Assembly (NCBI GenBank): GCA_003221595.1
Contig: QHSM01000014.1
Coordinates: 1-50,183 of the forward strand
Direction: 5' to 3'
Length of the DNA stretch: 50,183 nucleotides
Source: Candidatus Rokuibacteriota bacterium
GTDB lineage: Bacteria > Methylomirabilota > Methylomirabilia > Rokubacteriales > CSP1-6
The position numbers were made by a program, and so were the translations under genes. Positions 15,940 to 24,409 of this stretch are shown here, one piece after another; positions within the stretch are counted from its first letter, which is position 1, and the number at the start of each line of letters is the position of its first letter. The notes beneath the pieces are model-generated. The model was not told the origin of the DNA and did no database searches. It was given only the letters and a program-made list of their open reading frames with translations.

Positions 15940-16791
15940 ATGCCGGAGCTACAGCTTCGAGGCGGCGAGGTCGACGGGCTTCGCCTCCACTATGTGGTCG
16001 AGGGTCGCGGGCCCGCGGTCATCCTCGTGCACGGTCTGGGGGGCTTCGCGGAGACCTGGCGACACAACATCGGCGCGCTCGCCCGCCGCGCGACGGTCTA
16101 CGCCGTCGACCTTCCCGGGTTCGGCGCTTCGGCCAAGCCGCGTTCGCGCTACCGGCTCGCGAATTTTGCCGGCGCGCTGCGCGGATTCATGGATGGGCTC
16201 GGGCTCGCGCAGGCGTCGCTGGTGGGCCACTCGCTCGGCGGCGCCGTCTCCGTCACGTACGCCTTGATGCATCCGTCCCGGGTCGAGCGGCTCGCGCTCG
16301 TCGGGGCCGTGGTTCCCGGCTGCGGCTATCGGCCGTCGTGGGTGTTCCGCTTCGTGGCGCTCCGCGGGCTCGGCGAGCTCGTCTCGAGCGTGGCGTGGGC
16401 CGGGCTCTACAAGGCGTGCCTGACTCGGTGCTTCCACGTGCCCGACCGCCGCGAGGTCGACTTCTTCGTCGACTATTGCTACGCGGCCCGTACCGAGCCG
16501 GACGCGCGCGCCGCGTACCTGACGACGCTTCGCGACGTGCGGATCGATCTGGAGGCCCACGCGCACGACTATCGCCGCGCGATGGCCACGCTCGAGCTTC
16601 CGGTGCTGCTCATTCACGGCCGGCAGGATTGCGTCGTACCGGCGTCGCACTGCGACGAGGTCGCCTCCGTGGTGTCGCACGCCGCGGTCCGCCGGGTCGA
16701 CGCCTGCGGGCATTTCCCACAGATCGAGCACGCGGAGGCGGTGAACGGCTGGCTCGTGGACTTTCTGGTCGGGCGGCCGGCGCCTCGCTAG
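15940..16791 (+). CDS. Alpha/beta-fold hydrolase
   Basis: 283 aa. Oxyanion-hole motif VILVHGLGG, nucleophile elbow GHSLGG, C-terminal CGHFPQIE. Confidence 0.85.
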   Translation: MPELQLRGGEVDGLRLHYVVEGRGPAVILVHGLGGFAETWRHNIGALARRATVYAVDLPGFGASAKPRSRYRLANFAGALRGFMDGLGLAQASLVGHSLGGAVSVTYALMHPSRVERLALVGAVVPGCGYRPSWVFRFVALRGLGELVSSVAWAGLYKACLTRCFHVPDRREVDFFVDYCYAARTEPDARAAYLTTLRDVRIDLEAHAHDYRRAMATLELPVLLIHGRQDCVVPASHCDEVASVVSHAAVRRVDACGHFPQIEHAEAVNGWLVDFLVGRPAPR

Positions 16792-16801
16792 GGAGCATCC
16801 G

Positions 16802-17119
16802 ATGGACGAGATCAGTCCTCAGGATCTGAAGGCGCGCCTGACCGGAAGCGACCGGCCGTTCCTGCTCGACGTGCGCCAGGACTGGGAGACGCGTCTCTGC
16901 CGGCTCGAGAACGCCGTCCACATCCCGATCGAGGAGATCGAGCTCCGCGCGGACGAGCTGAACGCCGACGACGAGATCGTCGTGTACTGCCATCAAGGCG
17001 TCCGGAGCGCAGCGGTCGCCGATTATCTGCGCCAGCGCGGCTTCAAGAACGTGAAGAACCTCCTCGGCGGGCTGGACTACTGGGCCCGAACGGTCGACCC
17101 GACGATGCGCCGCTACTAG
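16802..17119 (+). CDS. Rhodanese-domain sulfurtransferase
   Basis: 105 aa. Active-site loop VVYCHQGVRSAAVA. Confidence 0.85.
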   Translation: MDEISPQDLKARLTGSDRPFLLDVRQDWETRLCRLENAVHIPIEEIELRADELNADDEIVVYCHQGVRSAAVADYLRQRGFKNVKNLLGGLDYWARTVDPTMRRY

Positions 17120-17886
17120 TGGCGTCCCCGTTCACGATCCAACGGGCGGGGGACACCGTCTGGTGCACGCTCGATCGCCCGCCGCTCAACCTGTTCGAAC
17201 CCGCCCTCATCCACGCCGTGCGTGAGTCGTTCGACGCGCTCGCCGCCGACCGCTCGACGCGCGTGGCGATCCTCGTCGGGGGCGGCCGCGCGTTCACGGC
17301 CGGCATGGACGTCCGCGTCCTGCGCGATCTCGACGTCGGCCGAGCGCGCGTGCTGATCAGCGAGCTCCATGACGCCATCGCCGCGGTTCACCGGGCACCG
17401 TTCCCGGTGATCGCGGCCGTGAACGGTGCGTGCCTCGGCGCCGGCTTCGAGCTGGCGCTGGCCTGCGACCTTCGGGTGGCGGCGGCCGGCGCCGTGTTCG
17501 GCCTGCCCGAAGTGCGCGTCGGAGTGCCCTCGGTCATCCAGGCGGCGCTCTTGCCCCCGATGATCGGGCCCGGCCGCGCCGCGGAGATGCTGCTGACCGG
17601 CGCGCCGATCACCGCGGCGACGGCGCTCGACTGGGGCCTCGTGAACCGCGTGGTGCCGGACGATCGGGTGCGCGCGGCGGCCGAGGAGCTGGCGACGACG
17701 ATCTTGCAGGCCGGGCCCGACGCGATCCGGCTCCAGAAGGAGCTGATCGTGCGCTGGCGTGAGAGCGACCTCGCGAGCGCGGTGCGCTACGGGATCAACG
17801 CGTTCGCCACCGCCTACGCGACCGGCGAGCCGCGCGAGGGAATGACCGCCTACCTGGAGAAGCGCCGCCCGAACTTCAGATCGTGA
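17119..17886 (+). CDS. Enoyl-CoA hydratase/isomerase (crotonase) family protein
   Basis: 255 aa. FTAGMD, AAVNGACLGAGFELALACD, and C-terminal EGMTAYLEKRRPNF. GTG overlaps the upstream TAG by 1 nt. Confidence 0.85.
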   Translation: MASPFTIQRAGDTVWCTLDRPPLNLFEPALIHAVRESFDALAADRSTRVAILVGGGRAFTAGMDVRVLRDLDVGRARVLISELHDAIAAVHRAPFPVIAAVNGACLGAGFELALACDLRVAAAGAVFGLPEVRVGVPSVIQAALLPPMIGPGRAAEMLLTGAPITAATALDWGLVNRVVPDDRVRAAAEELATTILQAGPDAIRLQKELIVRWRESDLASAVRYGINAFATAYATGEPREGMTAYLEKRRPNFRS

Positions 17887-17890
17887 CGGG

Positions 17891-18631
17891 ATGAAGGTCA
17901 AGACGATCACCATCGATCTCTGGGGCACGCTGCTCTTCGATCGGCCCGCCACCGACAACCGCTACAAGAAGCGCCGTCTCGCGGACCTCGAGTCGCTGCT
18001 GACGGCCGCGGGCATGCCGGTGTCGGCGGCGGCGCTCGATCGCGCCTACGACGAGTCGGGAACCTACCTCAGCCGGATCTGGGCCACCCAGCGTGACGTG
18101 CCGGTCGACGACCACATCCGCGCGATCCTCGCGGCGATCGATCCCGGCTTGCCGCAACGGCTCCCGCCGGCCCTCATGACCGCGCTGATCGACGCCTACT
18201 CGCGGCCCATTCTCGTCGTTCCGCCCGCCGTCGACGACACCGCGCTCGCAGCCCTGGAGACGCTCAAGGGCGGTGGCTACACGCTCGCGCTGATCTCGAA
18301 CATCATGCGAACGCCCGGCGCGGCCCTTCGACGGCTGCTCGAGCAATTTCGGCTCCTCGGATACTTCCAGCACACGACCTTTTCCGACGAGGTGAGGATT
18401 CGAAAGCCGGCGCCGGAGATCTTTCACCTGACGATGCGTGCGGTCGCCGGCGACCCCGGAACATCCGTCCACGTCGGCGACGATCCGATCCTGGACGTGC
18501 AGGGTGCCCGTGCGGCGGGGATGCGGGTGATCCAGGTGGTCTCGTCGAGCGCGGCGCGCGGGCCGCGGCCCGACCTCACGATCTCGCGGCTGTCGGAATT
18601 GCCCGAAGCGATCGAGCAGCTGGAGTCGTGA
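17891..18631 (+). CDS. HAD-superfamily hydrolase (haloacid-dehalogenase-like DxWGT motif I)
   Basis: 246 aa. Motif I is ITIDLWGTLL, motif II is LISN, and motif IV is HVGDDPILDVQGA. Confidence 0.8.
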   Translation: MKVKTITIDLWGTLLFDRPATDNRYKKRRLADLESLLTAAGMPVSAAALDRAYDESGTYLSRIWATQRDVPVDDHIRAILAAIDPGLPQRLPPALMTALIDAYSRPILVVPPAVDDTALAALETLKGGGYTLALISNIMRTPGAALRRLLEQFRLLGYFQHTTFSDEVRIRKPAPEIFHLTMRAVAGDPGTSVHVGDDPILDVQGARAAGMRVIQVVSSSAARGPRPDLTISRLSELPEAIEQLES

Positions 18632-18976
18632 TCAGACGGTGTGCGTGGTCGTGACCTTTCCGGGGATGACGAGGCCGATCTCTTCGAAGTAGCGGCGGAT
18701 CGGATCCGTGATGCGGTCGGCGTACGCCTCGAGCACGCGATACGAGATGCCGCGATGGTACGACGCGCTCCTGAAGTCGCCGTTCCGCCAGCCGAGAACC
18801 TTCGCGGCCCGGCTCTGGCGGTTGCGCAGCACGAGTCCGAACGTGCCGAGCCCGGAAACCCAGTGATCTGGATTGTGCAGATTGAGCTCCGAGCACAGGC
18901 CGGTCACTTGCCACTCCGGCGCGAATTCGGCCAGGGCGAGCTCGACCAGCCGCTGCACTTGTTCCGGGAGCAACAT
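18632..18976 (-). CDS. Hypothetical protein (no family recognised)
   Basis: 114-aa ORF with balanced composition. A strong SD (AGGAGGG) lies 4 nt upstream of the ATG. Its stop codon directly abuts the HAD stop (TGA|TCA at 18629-18634). Confidence 0.55.
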   Translation of the reverse strand: MLLPEQVQRLVELALAEFAPEWQVTGLCSELNLHNPDHWVSGLGTFGLVLRNRQSRAAKVLGWRNGDFRSASYHRGISYRVLEAYADRITDPIRRYFEEIGLVIPGKVTTTHTV

Positions 18977-19201
18977 TCTGCCCTCCTAAAGGAGACCGCA
19001 ACCGAAGGCACAGCAAGTCGAGTGCCACGGCGACCCGCAGCGCGATCTCGGGGTCGAAAATCCGAGGGTTTGGGCCGGCATCGGGGTGAGGGCTGCTCCC
19101 GTAAGTCCGTACGGTTTCGAGTCGCCGGTGTCAGCGTGCCACCGTTCCGCGGACACTTTGGCCCCTGGCGCATCGCGGCAACGGAGGTAAGATATCGGCC
19201 G

Positions 19202-19726
19202 ATGGACGTGGCGGAGCTCAAGGCAAAGATCCGGGACATCAAGAACTTCCCGACCGAGGGGATCCTCTTCAAAGACATCACCACGCTCCTGAAGGACGGC
19301 CCCGCGTTCGGGTGCGTCGTCGACAGCCTCGCCGGCCGCTACCGGCAGGAGCGAGTGGACGTGGTGGTCGGAGTCGAGTCGCGGGGCTTCATCCTCGGTG
19401 GCGCGGTCGCCCATCAGCTGAACGCCGGCTTTGTTCCCGTTCGTAAGGTCGGCAAGCTTCCGGGCAAGACCATCGAGGTCGAGTACGAGCTCGAGTACGG
19501 CCGCGACGCGCTCGCGATGCACGAAGACGCGATCAAGGTCGGGCAGCGCGTCCTCGTGGTGGACGACCTGCTGGCCACCGGCGGCACGATGGCGGCGACG
19601 CTGCGCCTGATCGATCAGCTGGGCGGGCGCGTCGTGGGCGTCGCGTTCATGATCGAGCTCGCGTTCCTCCATGGCCGCGACAAGCTCAAGGAGCATCCGG
19701 TGCATTCGCTCATCGTCTATGAGTAG
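19202..19726 (+). CDS. apt: Adenine phosphoribosyltransferase
   Basis: 174 aa. IRDIKNFPTEGILFKDIT, VVGVESRGF and the PRPP-binding loop VLVVDDLLATGGT. GGAGG is upstream. The long upstream ORF extension (start 18641) is rejected. Confidence 0.92.
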   Translation: MDVAELKAKIRDIKNFPTEGILFKDITTLLKDGPAFGCVVDSLAGRYRQERVDVVVGVESRGFILGGAVAHQLNAGFVPVRKVGKLPGKTIEVEYELEYGRDALAMHEDAIKVGQRVLVVDDLLATGGTMAATLRLIDQLGGRVVGVAFMIELAFLHGRDKLKEHPVHSLIVYE

Positions 19727-19736
19727 AATCTCGTCT

Positions 19737-20054
19737 ATGACCAGGATCGCGGCCTGCGCCGTGGCGCTCCTGCTGGTCGGCGGGTGGGCCGCCGCGGCCC
19801 TCGCCGATGAGGCGAAAGCGCCGATCAACGCCGCCCTGCTCCTCAACGTGCTCGCGCCGATGTCGGAGTCGCGCGACGCAGCGTTCGACCGCGCCATGAA
19901 GGAGTCGAGTCCCCGGCAGATTCTCCCCGAGGGCCAGGTGCAGCCCGACGGGAGCGTGCGCTACGGCTCGACGGTGGTCACGGTGAGAAATCCGTGCCCG
20001 CCGGGGACGATGCACTACGAGCCGCCGCCTCTTCCGGGCCGCTTCCGGAAGTAG
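19737..20054 (+). CDS. Small secreted hypothetical protein
   Basis: About 105 aa. Signal peptide MTRIAACAVALLLVGGWAAAALA. An alternative ATG at 19719 overlaps the end of apt. Confidence 0.5.
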   Translation: MTRIAACAVALLLVGGWAAAALADEAKAPINAALLLNVLAPMSESRDAAFDRAMKESSPRQILPEGQVQPDGSVRYGSTVVTVRNPCPPGTMHYEPPPLPGRFRK

Positions 20055-20070
20055 CCGGCCGTCTCACCGC

Positions 20071-20928
20071 ATGCCCATCACCAACGTCGGCGTCGTCGGG
20101 TGCGGTCTCATGGGCTCCGGCATCGTGCAGGTCGCGGCCCAGGCCGGGTTCCAGATCCTCTTCGTCGAGGCCGATGACCAGCTGGTCAAGCGAGGGCTGG
20201 CGCGGCTGCACGAGACGCTCGAGGGGCTCGTCAGGCGCGGCAAGCTCGAGGCGCGCGACCGGGACGGCGCCGTCGCGCGCATCGCCGGCACGACCCGGCT
20301 CGAAGATCTGAAGTCGTCCGACCTCGTCGTCGAGGCGATGACCGAGAATCAGGCGCTGAAGAACGAGACCTTCGCGAAGCTCGACCGGATCTGCCCGCCG
20401 TCGACGATCCTGGCGTCGAACACCTCCTCGTGCAACGTTACCGCGATGGCGGCCGCGACCAGGCGCCCGGGCCAGGTGCTCGGTCTGCACTTCTTCAACC
20501 CGGTGCCGTTGATGAAGCTCGTCGAGGTCGTGCGCACCATCCTGACGGACGATGTGGCCGTGACCACCGCCCTCGAGTGGGTGCGGGCGGTCGGCAAGAC
20601 ACCGGTGCAGACGAAGGACTCGACCGCGTTCATCGTGAATCGTCTCCTGGTGCCGTACCTGCTCGACGCGATCCGTGTCTACGAGAGCGGGCTCGCGACG
20701 CTCGAGGACATCGACGCGGCGATGAAGCTCGGCTGCGGCTATCCGATGGGCCCCTTCACCCTGCTCGATCTCGTGGGGCTCGACACGGCCATGTACGTCG
20801 CGGAAGTGATGTTCGAGGAGTTCCGCGAGCCCCGCTACGCGCCGCCGCCGCTGCTCAAGCGGATGGTCATGGCCGGACAGCTCGGCCGGAAGACCAAGCA
20901 GGGCTTCTACCGCTACTCGGCTACGTAG
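20071..20928 (+). CDS. 3-hydroxybutyryl-CoA / 3-hydroxyacyl-CoA dehydrogenase (NAD-binding)
   Basis: 285 aa. VGVVGCGLMGSGI Rossmann motif, LASNTSS, HFFNPVPLMKLVEV, FIVNRLLVPY. Confidence 0.9.
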   Translation: MPITNVGVVGCGLMGSGIVQVAAQAGFQILFVEADDQLVKRGLARLHETLEGLVRRGKLEARDRDGAVARIAGTTRLEDLKSSDLVVEAMTENQALKNETFAKLDRICPPSTILASNTSSCNVTAMAAATRRPGQVLGLHFFNPVPLMKLVEVVRTILTDDVAVTTALEWVRAVGKTPVQTKDSTAFIVNRLLVPYLLDAIRVYESGLATLEDIDAAMKLGCGYPMGPFTLLDLVGLDTAMYVAEVMFEEFREPRYAPPPLLKRMVMAGQLGRKTKQGFYRYSAT

Positions 20929-22204
20929 CTCGTTCGCGGCGCGCGAGCGCGAGCGCGCCCCCCGCACCGACGATCAGCAACGGCAGCCCGACCCACCACC
21001 GCTGGCGCTCTTGTGCCCGCGCCCGCAGCGACTGAATGACCATCCGGTCGCCGGCGAGCAGCTCGGCGCGCCCGGCCAGGTACTGCCGTGCCCGCTCCTG
21101 CATCTCCTCCGACATCGGCCGGGTGCCCCACTGGGCCTCGCGCTGCATTACGCGGACGCGCTCGAGCTCGGCGAGGCTGCGCCGCGCGTCCTCGACGCTG
21201 TCCCGGTACGTCTCGCGCTCGTCGTCGTCCAGGAACAGCGCGCGGGCGGCGGGTATCGCCGCCTCGAGCCCGTCGAGCCACCAGTGGTCGATCTGGGGTG
21301 CGAGCGTCAGCAGGAGCCCGGCGAGCGCCGCCGCGGCGCACAGCGCGATCGCCACACCCCGGAGGGCACCGGGGCCGCGCTGCCGCGTCGCCCGTGCGAG
21401 CGCGCGCGCGGCGAGCCCGAGGCCGATGCCCGCCAGCACGACGCCGAACGCGACGACCACGGTGGCGCCGGTCGGCAGGTCCCAGGTCCACGCCGCCGCG
21501 AGCCCGCCGACGCTCACCAGCGCTCCGAGCGCCCATCCGAGGGCCAGCCGGCTCCGCACCGATCGCGCCAGCATCGCGGCGGCGGTCGCGGGCACCACCA
21601 GATAGGCGAAGACCAGCAGGACACCGGCGAGCCGCACCGAGCTCGTCACGACCACGCCGAACGACGCGTAGAACACGAAGTCCCACCGGCGCACCGCGCG
21701 CCGGGCGCCGGCGCCGTCCGGGTCGAAAGAGATGTCGAGAAGGGGCCGGCGGATGAGCCAGTGCAGCGCGCCGATCGGCGCGTAGAGGAGGGCCAGCGTG
21801 CCGACCTCGGCCGGCGTGACGGTGAGGATGCTTCCCACCAGGATCTGCTTGATGTGCTCGCCGCCCTGAGGCGCGCGGTCGACGGCGAGCACCGCCGCCG
21901 CGGCCGACACGGCGTAGACGATCCCGATGATCGCCTCCTGGGGCACGGGCGTGCGCCGCGCCCGGCTGCCGGCGAAGAGCGCGGCGCCACCGAGCGTGAA
22001 GGCGAGCGCGTACCCATAAGCGGCCTCGCTCTGGATCGGGTGGCCGGCGAGAAACGCGACGGTCACGCCGAGCGCCGCCACCTGAGCGAGCGCCAGGTCC
22101 ACGAAGATGACGCCGCGCGCGAGCACGTGGAGCCCGAGGTAGACGTGGATCGCCGTCAGGACCAGGCAGGCCAGCAACGGCGCCCAGAGGAGCTCCACCA
22201 TCAC
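20921..22204 (-). CDS. Metal ABC transporter permease (ABC-3, ZnuB/MntB-like) with a C-terminal extension of about 150 aa
   Basis: 427 aa, against about 270 aa typical for this family. The first ~270 aa form a polytopic ABC-3-like core. The tail carries an extra TM segment, a charged helical segment (DDDERETYRDSVEDARRSLAELERVRVMQREAQW...) and a final TM (WWVGLPLLIVGAGGALALA). Confidence 0.75.
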   Translation of the reverse strand: MMVELLWAPLLACLVLTAIHVYLGLHVLARGVIFVDLALAQVAALGVTVAFLAGHPIQSEAAYGYALAFTLGGAALFAGSRARRTPVPQEAIIGIVYAVSAAAAVLAVDRAPQGGEHIKQILVGSILTVTPAEVGTLALLYAPIGALHWLIRRPLLDISFDPDGAGARRAVRRWDFVFYASFGVVVTSSVRLAGVLLVFAYLVVPATAAAMLARSVRSRLALGWALGALVSVGGLAAAWTWDLPTGATVVVAFGVVLAGIGLGLAARALARATRQRGPGALRGVAIALCAAAALAGLLLTLAPQIDHWWLDGLEAAIPAARALFLDDDERETYRDSVEDARRSLAELERVRVMQREAQWGTRPMSEEMQERARQYLAGRAELLAGDRMVIQSLRARAQERQRWWVGLPLLIVGAGGALALARRERAT

Positions 22205-22211
22205 GCCGTCC

Positions 22212-23159
22212 TCACCGGGCGCCGGTCAGCGTCCGGGTGAGGCGACGAACGTTGACCTCGAACAGAGTCGGGTAATCGCGCGCCTCCGGATCGCCGCCCA
22301 CCGACGGGATGAGCGTCACGAGGCGCGCGCCGCTCCGCGCGGCCACCTGGCTCGCGATCGAAGCGTTTGCCGACGGCTCGGCGATCACGAGCCTCACGCC
22401 GGTCTCCTTCATGCGCGCGGTCAGCTCGGCGAGCGACGCCGCCGACGGCGGGACGCCGGGCGCCGGCTCGATCGTCGCGACGACGACGAGGCCGAAGCGG
22501 CGTGCGAAGTAGGGCCAGCTGTCGTGATAGGCCACGACGCGCGCGCCTCGATAGGGCGCCAGGTTCTCCGTCCATCGCGCCAGGTCCGCGTCGAGCCGCG
22601 CCAGCAGGCGGGATCGGTTTCGCGCGAAGGCCTCGCGCTCGCCGGACGCGAGCCGGGCGAGCGCGTCCGCGATCGCCTGTGTCATCGGGCGGGCGTTCAT
22701 CGGGTCGAGCCAGTAGTGCGGGTTGCCGAACCCGTGGACGTGGACGCCGCGCTCGTTCCGGACGCGCGGCGTCTGGGATTGGAGCACGTCGATCCCCCGG
22801 GAAAGGTCGACATCGCTCGGCCCACCGGGAGCGAATCGAGGATCGTTCACGGCGCCGCGAACGCGAGCGAGCCACGGCTCGTGGTCGAGACCGATCCGTA
22901 CCAGCAAGGCCGCCGACCTGAGCCTGGCGAGCTGACCGGGCGTGATTTCTACCGCGTGGGGATCGTGAAGCGGTGGAGCCAGGCTCTCGACCACGACGCG
23001 CTCGCCGCCCACCGCGGCGACGAGCGCCTTGAGGTCCGTCGAGGTCGTCACCACGTCGATCACGTCACCGCCCCGCTGGGCGAGGCGGAGGCCGTCCGGC
23101 GCCGCCGCGCCCCACGCGGGAACGGCGGCAACCAGGACGAGGCCGAGCGCCCGCAGCAA
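22212..23159 (-). CDS. Metal ABC transporter substrate-binding protein (ZnuA/TroA cluster A-I)
   Basis: 315 aa. Signal peptide. HDPH and GFGNPHYWLDP metal-site motifs. The TTG start directly follows the upstream TAG. Confidence 0.8.
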   Translation of the reverse strand: MLRALGLVLVAAVPAWGAAAPDGLRLAQRGGDVIDVVTTSTDLKALVAAVGGERVVVESLAPPLHDPHAVEITPGQLARLRSAALLVRIGLDHEPWLARVRGAVNDPRFAPGGPSDVDLSRGIDVLQSQTPRVRNERGVHVHGFGNPHYWLDPMNARPMTQAIADALARLASGEREAFARNRSRLLARLDADLARWTENLAPYRGARVVAYHDSWPYFARRFGLVVVATIEPAPGVPPSAASLAELTARMKETGVRLVIAEPSANASIASQVAARSGARLVTLIPSVGGDPEARDYPTLFEVNVRRLTRTLTGAR

Positions 23160-24284
23160 CTACGACTTCTTGGTGAAGATCGACTTCGGAATCATGCAGT
23201 GAACACCCTTGCGGACGTCCACCACCTGCGTCACGCGGCAGTCGGCCGCCATCGACGCCAGGGAGTACGCCTCGTAGCGGCTCATCGGCACGACCTTCTG
23301 CTGCTCCAGGAAGTCCACGGCCTCGCGGACCGCGTTGACCATGGCCTTGTTGAGATCCTCGTCGAATCCCATGGCGATCCAGTGGGTCTTCGTCTCCACC
23401 CGCGGCCACTCGAGCTTCAAGTCCTTGCGGACCATCAGCTGCATCGCGATCTCGCGGTAGGAGCACTCGAGCGCGGTGAGGTTCACCTCACCGTTGCCCT
23501 GCCGGCAATGAGAGTCGCCGGTCCAGACGAGCCCGCCCTTCAGGAAGATCGGAATGAAGATCGTGGCGCCTTCCTGGAGCTCGTTGATGTCCATGTTCGA
23601 GCCGTTCTTCCACGGCCGCAGCGTCGAGACCGGGGCCATGGAGTCGGTCGAGCCGCCCTTGCGCGCAGACGGATCGTTGGGGTCGATCCCCACCGCCAGC
23701 GTGCCCGGAAACGGCCGTAGATCGAGGGTGATGCCGGGCTTGAACTCCGCCTGGCGCTTCTTGAGATCGAGCGTGAAGAACTTGATGAACCCGTCGGGCA
23801 TCTCCGGGGCCAGCGCTCCGATCGTCGGGAAGTCCTTGCCGGGCAGGTTGAAGTTGATGCCGAACGCCTTCGGGACGATCTTGACGATCCGGATCTCCAT
23901 CACGTCGCCGGGCTCGGCGCCGTTGACGTAGATCGGACCTGTCATCGAGTGCGGCCCGCCGCCCGGGTTCGCCCGGCGCAGCGCGACGATCTCGTCCATG
24001 GTGATCCCGGGGCGGACCTTGTCGTGCGAATGCATCATCGTCTCGACCGCGACGATGTCTCCCGAATCGACGGTGAGCTTCGGCGGCTCCTTCGGGTCGA
24101 GCCAGCCCCACTGCACTGTCTCGAGAGTAGCCGCCAGCATGTGGCGCTTACCCACGACGAGCGGCGTCGAGCTCTTCTTCGCGTCGCTCGCCGGCTGCGC
24201 CAGCACGTAGAACGCCGCCGAGCCGATCACGATCAGGGTGGTGAGAGCCGTGACGATACGTCTCTTCGTGTTCACCATCGCCAT
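23160..24284 (-). CDS. Acetamidase/formamidase (FmdA_AmdA) family protein with an N-terminal signal anchor
   Basis: 374 aa. N-terminal TM segment IVTALTTLIVIGSAAFYVLA. Family-typical segments include GPIYVNGAEPGDV, NGSNMDINEL and WTGDSHCRQGNGEV. AAGGAGG lies upstream. G+C looks lower than in the neighbouring genes. Confidence 0.8.
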   Translation of the reverse strand: MAMVNTKRRIVTALTTLIVIGSAAFYVLAQPASDAKKSSTPLVVGKRHMLAATLETVQWGWLDPKEPPKLTVDSGDIVAVETMMHSHDKVRPGITMDEIVALRRANPGGGPHSMTGPIYVNGAEPGDVMEIRIVKIVPKAFGINFNLPGKDFPTIGALAPEMPDGFIKFFTLDLKKRQAEFKPGITLDLRPFPGTLAVGIDPNDPSARKGGSTDSMAPVSTLRPWKNGSNMDINELQEGATIFIPIFLKGGLVWTGDSHCRQGNGEVNLTALECSYREIAMQLMVRKDLKLEWPRVETKTHWIAMGFDEDLNKAMVNAVREAVDFLEQQKVVPMSRYEAYSLASMAADCRVTQVVDVRKGVHCMIPKSIFTKKS

Positions 24285-24327
24285 TGCGCGCCTCCTTTGG
24301 AGAGCGGGGGCCGAGGAACGCGCAATG
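24282..24327 (-). promoter_or_regulatory. Stem-loop that pairs the formamidase start codon and carries its SD in the loop
   Basis: 9-bp perfect inverted repeat CATTGCGCG (24282-24290) / CGCGCAATG (24319-24327). On the mRNA the 3' arm ends with the AUG. The 28-nt loop ends with AAGGAGG. Confidence 0.35.
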
Positions 24328-24352
24328 ATCGGGCAGAAGCGCTGGAATCGTC

Positions 24353-24373
24353 AAGCGCGCCGGCCGCCGGCGC
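24353..24373 (-). terminator. GC hairpin downstream of the GT2 gene (candidate terminator)
   Basis: GCGCGCCGG-CCG-CCGGCGCGC, a 9-bp stem with a 3-nt loop, 37 nt after the GT2 stop. On the minus strand it is followed by UUGACGAUU, a weak U tract. Confidence 0.35.
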
Positions 24374-24409
24374 GCGAGGTGCCGAACGCGATCGGGGCGA
24401 GAAGCCGGC

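Noticed and set aside
18977-19201. A purine or PRPP-type riboswitch in the 225-bp region upstream of apt.
   Set aside because: There are small hairpins (CTCGG...CCGAG, and the palindrome CCGTACGG followed by TTT). I could not find the conserved purine-riboswitch junction sequences. The region also has to hold the promoter of the divergent 114-aa gene. An Rfam/Infernal scan would settle it.
23160-24284. The lower-GC formamidase gene as a horizontally acquired island.
   Set aside because: The compositional dip is modest and uneven by eye. The gene is tightly packed with its neighbours, with zero intergenic distance to the binding-protein gene, and no mobility genes or repeats flank it. A quantitative codon or tetranucleotide analysis is needed before making that claim.
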